Shown one piece after another: positions 52,091-64,000 of a stretch of DNA of 64,000 nt (positions are counted from its first letter, which is position 1; every line of letters begins with the position of its first letter). Made by a program: the position numbers and the translations under genes. This DNA is from Vicugna vicugna (Eukaryota). The notes under the pieces are model-generated. The model made no database searches and had not been told where the DNA came from. It worked only from the letters and a program-made list of their open reading frames with translations. Where the stretch lies: NCBI GenBank assembly GCA_013265495.1, contig MU058781.1, forward strand, positions 9,343,009-9,407,008, given 5' to 3'.

Positions 52091-53194
52091 GATCTATCTA
52101 CCTGTCTCTTTATTTGGTAGCAATGGGGTGGGTATAGAGAAGGTGGATTTCTGGAGTTTTGTTTTAAATTATGGGTCTTGCCCTAACAACAGACCGTCTT
52201 GTTCATAACCTTGGGCGTTCTCATCAGAGCAGGGATTATTATGCTTTGCCTAAGCACTTAGTAGATGCAGCAGATGTCTATTCAAATATCACTTTAAAAA
52301 TGCCTGGAATTGTATTTAAATTGCTTCCATTATTCACTAATTAAATTGCAGATTGTTTCTCCTGGGGATTTTGCACTAGGCTGAGTTTCTTCAATTGTTT
52401 GTGTTGGACAATGATAAAATAAATCTATTGCATTGTAGTTTAGTGAAAAATCTTGCTGAATAGGCTAAATAATTCCACAATCATCCTACAGCAGACCTTT
52501 TTTTTTTAGTATGTTTTCTTTTTCCTGGCAAGACTGAGCATGGACAGATAGTGGGCTTTTGTTTGTTTTTATTTGCGTAATTTGATCCTGGTGCTTAAAA
52601 TACCTGGAGGGGTCTTGGATACCAGGGAGACCCATGTGTTCTATTGAATGTGTCAGCTTCCTTGGTCTGCATGGATTTTACAAAGAGCTGCACAATGAAA
52701 TTCAGATATTTTAAAACGACATGTGTGTTTTTCACATGGCTGCCACTGTTTAAATCCTGAATCAGTCTTTTCAGGAGGTTGGGCGGAGCAACCTCTTCAC
52801 CTGAAGGCTTCATCTAGGGTCCTTGTCAGCTGCCATTGCTTTGCTAGGTAGCAGTTACATTCTTCTATGTGCCATTTTCATTTACACTGAGAGGGTGAAA
52901 AGAGGAAACAGAATTAGGAGGAGTCAGCCAGAAGAGTTCAGTGCTCCTGCAGACCTGGGGCTTGTCACAATATATACCCTTGATGTTTTTGAACAGGAAT
53001 GCTTGCTTGCTCTTATGGAAATGATTTCCATTCCCCTGAAAACAAAACAAACAAACAAACAAACAAAAAACGCACAACAATCTCATGCTAACGTTCACTC
53101 CTATCCACAGATAATTGTGACTTTGCTCTCAAAATAAATAAATACTTGATACTTACATGAGTACTGGCTTTGGGGCAACCAGTGTCTCTGCTAA

Positions 53195-53345
53195 GCCTCA
53201 TATATGTTATCATATTTCATCCTTACAACCTGGTGAGGAAGGTGGTATTCTCCCCATTTTACAGACTAGAAAAGTGAGGTTCAGAAAGGTTAGGAGACTC
53301 ACTCAAACGTCCCACTGATCATAGATGGCAGATCTGGGATCGCAT
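53195..53345 (-). mobile_element. MIR SINE
   Basis: ccccattttacagactagaaaagtgaggttcagaaaggttaggagactcactcaa. Confidence 0.8.
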
Positions 53346-54599
53346 CCTTTTTGTGATATAAGTGCTCAGCTTGTTTAAAAGTGCTCATTTTTTCAGGGTT
53401 GTTACTGATATTAGTGATCTTTAGACTGGAGAACACATACCCAAGAAGTGCAAGCATTAAAGACAATTTCAGACAAAGTGTAAGAATTCAGTTCTGTTCC
53501 ATAGTGTGCTAATATGGCAGAGCTGAAGTGGGGGAGCTGTAGAGCCACCAAAATATTGGATGGGAAACGGAATTCTTTTTCAAATCAAGCGCTTTTGAAT
53601 AGTGACTCTGGACAGTTGGTGAGAAAGAGTTTGTCACCAACATAAATAATCAGAAAGACGTGTTGGATGAGTTTGAGGCAAGCGGGCGAGCCCCACGTGG
53701 AGCTGTTAAGAAGAAACCAGGGAGTGTGAAGAAATGCAGGTTGCTTGGTGTCCAGGATACAATCAAGGATGGGTCTTAGCATCGCAGATGGTAACTGCAG
53801 CAGCAAATAACCGAGAACCAGAAGAGAGACATTTCCATCTGGATCCGTTCCGAAGAGGATGTCGGACAACTCTAGCCACGAAAGCCAATAAATCTCCACT
53901 GGTTATGTCTGATCCAGATGCAGGACAAATTCAAAATGAGCCCTTTGCATACATATTCCTATTTGGAGGCGCCCTAAGCGGTATAAATTCTGTTGAAGGG
54001 AAAGACCTATTTTAGCCTTATATATTAAGTATATTTAAAACAAACACTTCTTTCTATAGAATCTCCTACCACTTTATTGTTCATTTTCAGAATAAAATGT
54101 AGGTATTTTGTTCTTAATGTTGTTTCCCAGTGTCTTAGGAGGTGAGGTGGCAGACACAGTAGCCGTGATATAGTGTTTGAGGAACGTTGAGGTGGTTCAG
54201 TAACCTTTTGGACGGTGGTGATGAAATTCAGAACTGGAGGGTGATTTATAGGTCAGTAGCAATAAAATGTTGCTGTGTGTTTCTGAAGTCATGTGACAAT
54301 GACCTACTTTCTGTTTTGCTTATGTGTTTCCTGATTCAAGTTTTTCAGGCATAAAGAATTTGGGGGCCTTTACTCTTTTTTTTGCTGCCTTGTCGCCTAC
54401 GATTTTTGTGTTCTGACTAATATGGGTAATATGGGTGTGTCTGCTAATTTGGGTATTTAAATCAGATTTTAAATGAAAAGGCATGGGAAAATTTTTGACA
54501 CATTTCATTAGACAAATGGAAATTGTGTTGTATTTGTATACAAAAATGTTTTCTTTATTGAAACTGTCAGGATTTCATGAATTTAGGAGTGTGTGTGCA

Positions 54600-54745
54600 G
54601 GTGTATCACAGGCCCCTCTGAGAATTTCTTAAAAGCAATGGAAACTTGCCCCAAGAAAAAAATCCATATATTCACGCACATAAGATTTTCTCATACAATT
54701 TCAAATGATGGATTCATCCCTGAACTCTTGGTTATGAATCCTTTG
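54600..54745. mobile_element. hAT-Charlie fragment (Charlie4-like), opposite orientation to the 47.0-kb copy
   Basis: tcacaggcccctctgagaatttcttaaaagcaatgga...ggttatgaatcc. Confidence 0.5.
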
Positions 54746-56059
54746 TTCTGAGTTATCTACAGTCGTTTTGAATGTACTTGGCTTTGGGCACTGGCTTTTT
54801 GTGTGATCCCCAGGGAAAGGTGGACTTTTGAGTCTGTATGAGACCTAGCAGGAGATTTGGAGATTTCTAGATTTCAAGTGAATGCGTTCTCAGCCATACT
54901 CACAGAGAGTGTGGCAGAGAAAGAACTTGACTTTGAGAATGTGTATCCTGGGGATGTTGGCTGGTGGAAATGAGACTAGAGAAATATTTGGAAGCATAAT
55001 TAATGACTTATTAGTAAATTAATTAGCTTAAAAAAACTTAGACTATATACTCAACCGGAGGATTTCCAATAACAAACACATTGAAGACAAATAAAAGTAA
55101 ATCTTTATAGCGACATTAGACCTTGAGAATGAAGGATGGAGATCCTTAAAGGAGGGACCATGGCCCCGTGATGTATGTTCAGGGAGCTCCTCTATGTGAC
55201 TGAGTGCCTGGCTCTGGGAGTGGAAGAGGCCAGTCTTCACTGGGTCTCTTCTGGGAGGAGATGAGTTTGGGGTCAGTTTCAACTCGAAGCTTATTGGATT
55301 TCAACTCTTTTCTGTCAAGGCATCTCAATGACATAGCACCTCGCATGGGAGAAAAACCTAGAAGAGTTGTGAGACCCTCCCTGCCCTCCTGCCCTCCTCC
55401 CTCCTCATGGCGGAAGCACCGTCACCCTCCAGCTCCAAAATTGCTCTGGAGGGAACTGCAGTTTAACAACTCTGGTCTAAAAGGAGCCCAAACTGTGCTC
55501 TCAGACCACACCTACCATCCTTCCAGCAATGAAAAGTAAAAGGCCACAAAACCAAAAACATGTCTTCATCTTCCTGTAAATGCCCATAATCCCCCTGTGT
55601 ATACCGCACACCTAACATCTGTACAGAATGGCTCTGGTTGCCTTAGTTTGCCTACCAGATTGAAACGTCCTTAGGTTAAGGTCAGGGAGCTTCTCTCACA
55701 CCATGCGACAGTCGTTTCCCAAGTGAAGCAAGCCAAGCTGATTGCTGGTATCCAGTGAACAGGGGCTGAGCGTATCATAAAAAGGCCAGTCAGTATCTCT
55801 TAAAACCTCTCAACATTCTCTTTTGAATTGTTTCCAATGCTGATCAATTTGGAACCACAATTCAAAGTTATGTTGTCAGAGGCTGAGCTGTTTGCTTGTA
55901 GCTATGACAATTAGTCTTGTAATTGACCCTGGATTTGCACAGCAAGTAAATGGTCGCCCTTACGTGTTTGGTTTTCCATTGATATTTATGATGTATAGAC
56001 TTGAGATGGATGGAGCTACAGTCAGGTTCTGATAATTTTGTTGTATGAATGAAGCAGAT

Positions 56060-56400
56060 TCGTTCATTAAATTACCATTCATTGACTACCGTATACTGGG
56101 GATTATTTTATACACCGAGGATATCAGTATGGGTAAGATACCGTATCTGCTTCTAATCTGTTCTCACCTTGGTAAGGGAGACAGATCCATGAGTGGTCTT
56201 TGCAGTATCTAATGTGTTAAGTGGCTTGAGAGAAGGAAGGAAGGAAGGCCAGAGAGACTACCTGATTCTGCTTGGGGGTGCCAGGCACAAGACAGGGTGA
56301 GGAATGTGACTGGAATGGCGACATTCCAAGTGGAGGGAAGAGCCAGGGCAAAGCACAGAGGAAGGTTCTCTGGGTAGTACTCCTGGAGTGTAGGTTGGGC
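56060..56400 (-). mobile_element. L2 fragment
   Basis: cattcattgactacc, ggtaagggagacaga, acattccaagtggagggaagagccagggcaaagcacagagg. Confidence 0.6.
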
Positions 56401-57157
56401 CCAGGCATAGCTGGGGTGAGATAGAAGGGTGGTGTGTAGATTCTCTGAGTGGTTTTAAGCACCAGCCCCTCTCCCCCACAGCTTTCCCACGCAGAGTAGT
56501 CTGGATTTTCTGTTGTAGCCACTGGGTGCTTCTGAATGGGTAAAAGCCGGTTCTGACTATCAGCTTTTTTTAGAGTAAACATCTACACTCAGATCTCAGT
56601 TCTTGCCTGGGGTAAATAGTAAATAGGGACTGTAATTGGCCAGAGGAACTACTGCATCACACTCCAAGGAATGATCAAGGAAGCTTAAGCAAAATTAAGG
56701 GTCAGGCAAGGTGATTGCCAAATTACCACAAAATCACTTTAGAGTGTATGTGTGTATGTGGGAGGGAGGGTCCTCTTGAATATACGTTTGCTTGTTTATT
56801 TGTTTGATTAGAATGAAGAGAAGTAAGGGAGAACTTTAAGTATTTCTCATTTCAGCACTTTGACTCGGGATCTGAGTTAGACTAATGGTGTAATCCTTGC
56901 TGCCCTTTCTCAGCTGGCTATGCATCCGCCTGACGTCAAAGGGTAGTGGCCCGTGGTGTTGATGAAATAGAAGCAACAAACAGTTGAATACTGCATCTAG
57001 GTCATCTTGCGCCTGATGGGACAAGGAAATTACTTTAGACCCAGTGCCAGTGTAACCTGCATAACTGGATTTCCATGTTCTGCCCCCTGTTCAGAGTCTG
57101 AGAAGTAATTTTAATGTTAAAAAAAGCCACGTTGTCATATACCTCATAGCATCATCT

Positions 57158-57690
57158 GGTTCATTCCTTTATCCAATAACAAGTATTTATTGAACACCTA
57201 CTAAGTGTTACTCTTATAGGTTAAACTTTAAGAGGGAGAGGGAGGATGGTACAGTGAGGATGGTGCCGGTGTTTGTAGGAGTATGTGCCAAGTCCAGGGT
57301 GAGAGAGAGAGAGTGCGTGTGAGTGTGTGTGGAGGATGAAAAGCACGCAGCCTGGCTGTACTCTGGAGTGTGAAGTGGAAGCAGAGAGGTTGGGCTGAAG
57401 CTTTGTTCAGAGCCCAATCATGGTTTGAACTATGTCCAGGTGTCTGGAATTCTTCCTAATGCCGATAAGAGATTTGCTTCCTAGAAGGATCAGTTTAGCT
57501 GGTGTGAAGAGTGAATGGAGTAAGGCAAAGTTGAAGATACACCAGTTTCGAGGTTTCTGCTCAATCTGGATGGGAGATAACAGTAGCCCTAACTGGGGGA
57601 GAGGCTGCAGGAGTGTAGAGACGTGGCCAGAGTCCAGAGAGGTTCAGGAGATAGATTTAAATGGGACTTGGTGACTGACTGGAGGTGGCG
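57158..57690 (-). mobile_element. L2 fragments
   Basis: aacaagtatttattgaacacctactaagtg (L2 3' end) and gggacttggtgactgactgga. Confidence 0.65.
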
Positions 57691-59817
57691 GGGGCGGGTC
57701 TTGGGCAGCAAGAAGAGGATGCTCTTTCTTGATCTGGGAAACACAATATTTATCTACGAGGGGGTGGGTTGGTAATTTCAGTGTAATTCAAAAACTATCA
57801 GAACTGATCTAGGAAGCCTCTGCGTTCCCTGCTTGCTCAGGCAATGAGTAGGTGCATTGGAGACGAGAGGAATAAATCAGAAGCATGATGCACTCCCATT
57901 CTGAGTTTCCTCTCTGCTGTTGAATTTCCAGGCCAGTAGCGGATGCCTCGGTAGTTTGAGGGAGACTGTGATCCTGTAGTCTTTTTTATTTTCAGAGAAT
58001 TAGAGAGATGTAAACTTCCTTAGAGAAGGTGATTTTTGCAGCCCCTGAATTTAAAGCACAGCTAGTTCCACCTTTAGCTGAAAATCAATGATGTCTGGTG
58101 TTTATCAGAAGCCACCCAACACTCTTGTGTCCAGGTCACCAGCACTCATATTTTATGCTTGTCACTTTGAGCCAAATAATGTCCAGTGGTCCCCAACTGC
58201 TAGGTTATTGAGGCCCTGTTCTCTTGGATCTTCAAGTTTTTTTTTTTAATTAAAATTTTTTTTTGATTTCTAGAAAAGCACATTTGATTGTTGCTAAATT
58301 AATACGTTTTTCTCTTTCTGAACATGTCATCCAGGTCATTAAATGGAAAAATGTAGTCTATGATGCTATAGAGCTTGCCCTTTTTATTTTAATACGTACG
58401 TTTTCAACATAAAAAAAATCAAAATTGTCTGCACTTTGTTAAAAGAATGTATAGCTGGAATTTTAATTTGATTATCTTTCCCAATATTCCCAGGCTTTCA
58501 TAGGCCAGCACTTTGTTTGAACAGCTGTACTTTTGTAAATCTTAGTAACAAATGAATCAGGAACGATTTTGTGGAGCAAGTCAGATGAAAGGAACTTCCT
58601 AAGAAAGGTCATTAAGAGAACGAAGAAGGAAAAAGCTAGCAAAATTTTGAGAAATTTAACAATTGGTTTTTTTTACTAAGGCAATTTGTTCTAGTAATTC
58701 TTTTCTGATAATCTTAAAATATGCTGTCATTAATAGAGAAAGTGTCTTACTTCCCTTTAGGTTGTAATATCGGCTAGAAATAAAATTGAAAACTAAAGTC
58801 AGCAGGAAAAGACAAATGCTAACAACTGAGAAGCATGAAAAGGAAGATAGAGCAATGCAGTCAATTTTCTATTATCTGTAATTTTCTGTCATCTCTGTGT
58901 GTGTTATCCATGTGCTGGGGCTGGCGGGATGGAAGAGGAGAGGGTGGAATTGTGAACTCTATCTGCCTCCAATCACAAAAAGATCAAATTAACATGTGAA
59001 AAGATATTTGCCAGAGCCGGAGGATGGGAGGGCTTTTGCTTTTAACGTCTTACCTAGTGGATAGATTTGAACGCAGAAAATGAAGCTAAACTAAATTCAG
59101 GGAAACACTGATTCACACAACTGGGTAAACAATTTACTGAATTTGCTAATTAATCAACTTGTGCTTCTCCTTTCCAAAACAGATTCGCAGGCAATAAAAT
59201 AAATTAAATCAACGTTTCCCGCACCAACCCCCCCAATCTCTCCACTACTAAAAATAAGCCTGCTTTCCCGGGTAACTCGGTCATTGAAATTCCCATGGCT
59301 GTCCTCTGGCAGTCCACTGCAGGAAGCAATTGTATGGATACAAAATCAGTTCTCTGCAGATTGCAGAGTTTGGGTTCTGAGCATTACACCTTAGCCCTCT
59401 ACCTAAGCAGATGAATAAAATAAATATTAACTGAAGTAATTTTTAGAAATAAATGGCCTACGATGATGCTGATCTGCAGATAGAGGAGCCTGTGACTTAC
59501 AGATAGATCTTTTATGAAGCTTGCATCTCTGTTGATGGTAGGAAATAATGACTTTGGAGGAAAATCCTGAAAAATTAAGGATATTTAGTTTGAAGACAAA
59601 GTGTGACAGCGAAAATATTTCAGTTTATTAGTCTGCAGATCTGGTACCTACGGTTGAGTTTGCCTAACTTTAAACCACTAGGATAAGACTCAGTTTTAGA
59701 TTGCATGTATATACCTATAATCATTTTATACACACATACATTCACTTAAACACAATATACAAGGAAACGTGAAGAACAGAATAAACAGGGATGAAAATGA
59801 ATCAAAAGGTTGTGAAG

Positions 59818-60016
59818 TAAACAACACGGTCGTACTGTAGAGCACAGGGAACTATATTCAATAGCTTGTGATAACCTATAATGAAAAAGAACACAAAAAA
59901 GAATATATATATATATACGTATAACTGAATTACTATGCTGTGCACCAGAAACTAGCACAAGAGTATAAATCAACTATACTTCAATAAAAAAATTTAAAAA
60001 TTAAAATAAAAAAAAT
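59818..60016 (+). mobile_element. Short L1 3' end
   Basis: tactgtagagcacagggaactatattcaatagcttgtgataacctataatg...tcaactatacttcaataaaaaaa. Confidence 0.88.
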
Positions 60017-60885
60017 ATTACCAAGTGGTGAATGACAAGTTTTACACAAGTCAGGCAAAATATAACACAGGGATATCCTAGTTATCAAGGTAATTATGAG
60101 TCAAGACGGTGTCACTAGGTTTTTCATTGTTTTAAAGGCATGATACTCAGATGCGGAAATAGGCGGATAGCCGATTAGAACTGAGAAAGAAAACAGTGTT
60201 GATACTAAAGTTCTGCTCACACTTGCAGCACTTCCTTGCCTTCATCATGATTGGGCACCCTTCCAAGGAAGGATCTAAACGGAAAGTGCTCCCAGCTGAC
60301 TTCTTAATGCCACTAACCTTAATCACCTTCTGGTGCCCTTACCTTGAGGATCAAGACTCCCCAAGGACTGCCTTTCCTCACTTTTCCTTTTCTGATGGAC
60401 CTATTCTGAATCTTAACAGTCTTGTTCACCCTCGGATATTATGCTCAAAACTCATTTACATGCTCAACTAATCTTAATTAAAATGTAAAGGAAGATCAGG
60501 GCGTGATCACATTAGGTTCTGAATATACTCAAATAGGTGGGCATGAGTGTAATGGATTAAACAATTCTAGGAAGAGCTCCTCTTCCCCATGGTGTCTTAG
60601 TCTTGTTGCCATTTCTTAGTATTCTCTTCAACTTCCAGTTTTGAGCATTGGCTGAATGTTCTCTTTTAACTTACAGACTATTTTGCTATCTGGAAACGCA
60701 TGCCCATGTCTTTGCGCGTCAGAATTGCTTTCCTTACAGTCTGATGGGGAGAGTTGGTAAACATTGAAATGTCCTTCTGAGGTGGGCTATGGAATGTCGT
60801 GTAAGTTATTAATATTTTTTTTGGAATGCAATGGATTTTCATGTTTTGCTGGGATAGCTTGGGCAAATCTGTGGAATTTCCTTCT

Positions 60886-61882
60886 GTTTTATTGAGGTAT
60901 AACTGACCTACAGCATAATATTGGTTTCAGGTGTACAGCAAAGGGATTTGCTTCTTTTATATATTGTGAAACGATCACCCTAGTCTAGTTAACATCCGTG
61001 GCCACACATGGTTACAGAATTTTTTTCTTTTGATGAGAATTTTTATGATTTACTCTGTTAGAGCTCTCAAATATGCAATACAATATTATCAGCTATAGTC
61101 ACTGGGAATTACTTATTTTATTTTTAAACTGAAATATATCTTTTGAATCCCTTCACTCATTTTGCTCACCCCCTGTTCTGAACCATCAATCTGTTCTCTG
61201 TATCTATGAGTTTGTTTTCTTTTTCTTTTTTTTAAAATTTTGCATATAAGTGAGAACATATGGTATTTATCTTTCTCTGTCTGACTTATTTCACTTCACA
61301 TAATGCCTGTAAGTACCATCCATGTTGTAGCAAGTGGCAGAATTATTCTTTATGGTTGACTAATATTCCATTCTGTGCGCGCGTGCGCGCGCGCGCACAC
61401 ACACACACACACACCTATATACATTTTCTTTATGCATTCATTCACCAATGGACACTTAGGTTGTTTCTTTATCTAGGCTATTGTAAATAATGCTACAATG
61501 AATATTAGACTGCATATATCTTTTCAAATTAGTGTTTTCATTTTCTTCAGATAAATACTCAGCAGTGGAATAGCTGGATCATATAGAAGTTCTAGTTTTA
61601 ATTTTTTGAGGAACCTACATACTGTTTTCCATAGTGGCTGCGCCAATTTACATTCCCAGCCTCAATGCACGAGGGTTCCCTTTTCTCCACATCCTCTCCA
61701 ACACTTGTTATTTCTTGCCTTTTTGGTAATAGCCACCTGACAGGTGTGAGGCGGGAACTCATTGTGGTTTTGGCTTGCATGTTCCTGATGGTTAGTGATG
61801 TTGAGCATCTTTTCATGTGCCATGAAACATGTACCATGTTGGCTGTCTGTATGTTTTTAGAAAAATGTCTGTTCAGATCTCC
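60886..61882 (-). mobile_element. 5'-truncated L1 (L1MA-like)
   Basis: tttcaggtgtacagc end motif. ORF 61598-61837 ([11 protein letters not shown]...[13 protein letters not shown]) is an ORF2 remnant. Degenerate TSD gaatttccttct/gaagtttcctttt. Confidence 0.92.
61374..61414. repeat. (GC)n(AC)n compound microsatellite
   Basis: 41 bp of uninterrupted purine-pyrimidine alternation. Confidence 0.92.
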
Positions 61883-63009
61883 GAAGTTTCCTTTTAAGCC
61901 CTGTGAGTCTCAGTCTTGTTGCTGTTGGAGTTTCCAGTGTGACCTCCTTGATGAGTGAAGATGTAGAGGGCAAAGAAGTAATTTTATTTAATAATACTAT
62001 AAATCTGCCATCTCCATACTGTTAGGTGGTCAGATGTACTAAAGATTAAATGAAATGTTTCAAAATTGGTTATCATGGATTTGATTGTGCAGATGGCCAA
62101 ACTAAATTGATTTCTAAGAATTTGCTTTGTTAATTTATCAAGTTATCCTTAATGTTCAAATTAGGAAACGATTTGGCTAGATGTGGGTGAAGAAGACGAA
62201 CATGACCTTGTTTTAATAGTGATGGCCAACTCATCCTTAAAAATGCACCACTTCTCCTGTGAGATCTTCTCAGACCTCTCTCTCCACTGTCCAGCCATTA
62301 GTTACTACCTGAGTTGATCCATGTGCAGCACTAAGCATATAGTGTCTAGGACCATGAAAATGTGATCATAAAGGTTAGCTTTCACTATTATTATTTTTAA
62401 TATTTATAATACAGTTTACTTAATAGATATAAAGGATTTACTTTCATTTTATAATTAAAATATTTTTATCTACTGTGTGCTCTTCTGTGACTACCTGTAC
62501 ATCATACATGTATTCAATCAGGCATCGAAAATGTATTGCTTGCCTAGTGTGTTTTAGGTGCTGGCACTAGAACCCAGAGATAGATGACTAAGGCAGAGGT
62601 GTCCTTTTGAAAATGATATTTTAGCTCTTACAATAATGTATTATGCTAGTGTATTTATTTATGTCTTTTATGTTGTGAGTTCATTTGAGGTCAAAACCAT
62701 GAGAGCCAAAACATTCATATCAACTTGCCCTGAAATAATTCAGAATTAGAGAGATAAATCATTACAAAGTAACCTTGCATTGGTCAAACTACTTTTATTT
62801 TTTAATTTAAATGTTTAAATTTTTATTAGCATTTAGCACAGTATCTGACACCTAGAAAACTTTTAATAAGCACAATTACTATTATCAGGCTGTTTATTTC
62901 AATGTTGCACCCTGAATGACTTTTCATGAAACCTACTATTCAGTAAAGAGGCCAAAAAAAGGGTAGAACATCATGCTAAAAGGTTAACCATTGCTGAGTT
63001 TTTAACCCC

Positions 63010-63165
63010 CAGTTTGATTGAGATGTAACTGACCTGTAACATGGTATATGTTTAAGGTATATAACATGATTTGATAGATGTACATGTTGCAAAATGATCA
63101 CTATAAGAAGTTAAATTAACATCCATTACCTCATATTGTCTTTTTTTCTCTTGTGACAAAATTAC
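63010..63165 (-). mobile_element. L1MA-type 3' end fragment
   Basis: ttgagatgtaactgac...tttaaggtatataacatgatttgat...ttaacatccattacctcata. Confidence 0.75.
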
Positions 63166-63409
63166 TTTTTAAAACACTATTCCGTATTCAGTTCTGGACA
63201 CATTAGGAATGCTGAGGACTTCAGCATATTGATATTCCTATTTATCCTTTAGGAGACCATTTCCTATGAACAATAACTACTCTCATCAGCATCACGATTA
63301 CTCCTTACTGCCAATACGTAGTGTTGTATGGGGCTCCCACACCTTAGAATAATTCTATGTGATGTGGAGGGCAGCAGATTCTTCTGTATTTTTTGAATGT
63401 GGTCAACCT

Positions 63410-63515
63410 TCCCAGATAACATAAGTGATTTCCTTAAGCTTATGCATCTAGTAAGTCTAGCATCAGGGCTCAAATCCAAGTTTCCTCAGTTCAAGTCCAT
63501 TGTGTTCACCACTAG
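63410..63515 (-). mobile_element. MIR fragment
   Basis: taagtgatttccttaagcttatgcatctagtaagt...cagggctcaaatccaagt. Confidence 0.55.
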
Positions 63516-63774
63516 ATGATAATGGTGGGGATATTACTTGGGTAGTTGAAGAAGCTGAGGTGGTTTCATAGTAAAAAAGGAGAGCTATGTGGAAAGATGA
63601 TTGCTGTCTTTACCTGTTTGAAAGCTCATTCTGTAGGCTTACTCTGAAACTTCTCAGGGTAAAACTTGAATGTGTTTGTTGCTTATGAATGCTTCTGTTT
63701 TGGCTTAATAAGGAATTTTTTTTTTGATATGCAGAGCCAGAAGTCGGCAGGCCCTACCATGCCCTTGTGCACTG

Positions 63775-63955
63775 GCCTCTGTTCACTCATTTGCTTCATT
63801 TCATCAAATTCTTCCCCATCTCATTCACAACTCATTAGTCATCTTTTCTACCACAGAGCCTTTGCACTGCTAAGCCCTCTGCCTAGGTTGCCATTCTCCT
63901 TTCCCCAGTTTTGCTTGCTTGAATCTCTCATATCCTTTTGGACTCAGCTGAAAGG
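63775..63955 (+). mobile_element. L2 fragment
   Basis: ccacagagcctttgcactgc...ccctctgcctagg...tccttttggactcagct. Confidence 0.6.
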
Positions 63956-64000
63956 TTGCTTGGTTGGCTGTCTTGGATCTTTTTGGACTCAGCTTAAAGG

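Noticed and set aside
1..64000. CRISPR array, operon or other novel multi-gene system
   Set aside because: The DNA is mammalian promoter and intron sequence. I saw no regularly spaced repeat-spacer array and no intact coding genes.

Overview
Mammalian genomic DNA, probably camelid (inferred from two tRNA-derived SINEs resembling the camelid family and from young cetartiodactyl-type L1 3' ends). A large CpG-island promoter (~3.0-6.4 kb) carries several strong + strand splice donors. It is followed by ~57 kb of intron-like sequence holding a few candidate short 5' exons (7123-7374, 23604-23665, 44061-44310) and a possible internal promoter near 42.4 kb. This looks like the 5' end of a + strand gene whose main coding exons lie beyond the window; I cannot name the gene with confidence. 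The rest is ordinary interspersed repeat (L1, L2, MIR, MaLR/ERVL LTRs, hAT and Tigger transposons, microsatellites). No credible protein-coding CDS, RNA gene or new biological system was found. The best sequence-level observations are a twin-primed 5'-inverted L1, a probable short L1 3' transduction, three candidate exons with ATG-initiated frames ending in the same phase, and a CpG-rich patch inside an old L1. Repeat boundaries and subfamily names are by eye and approximate.
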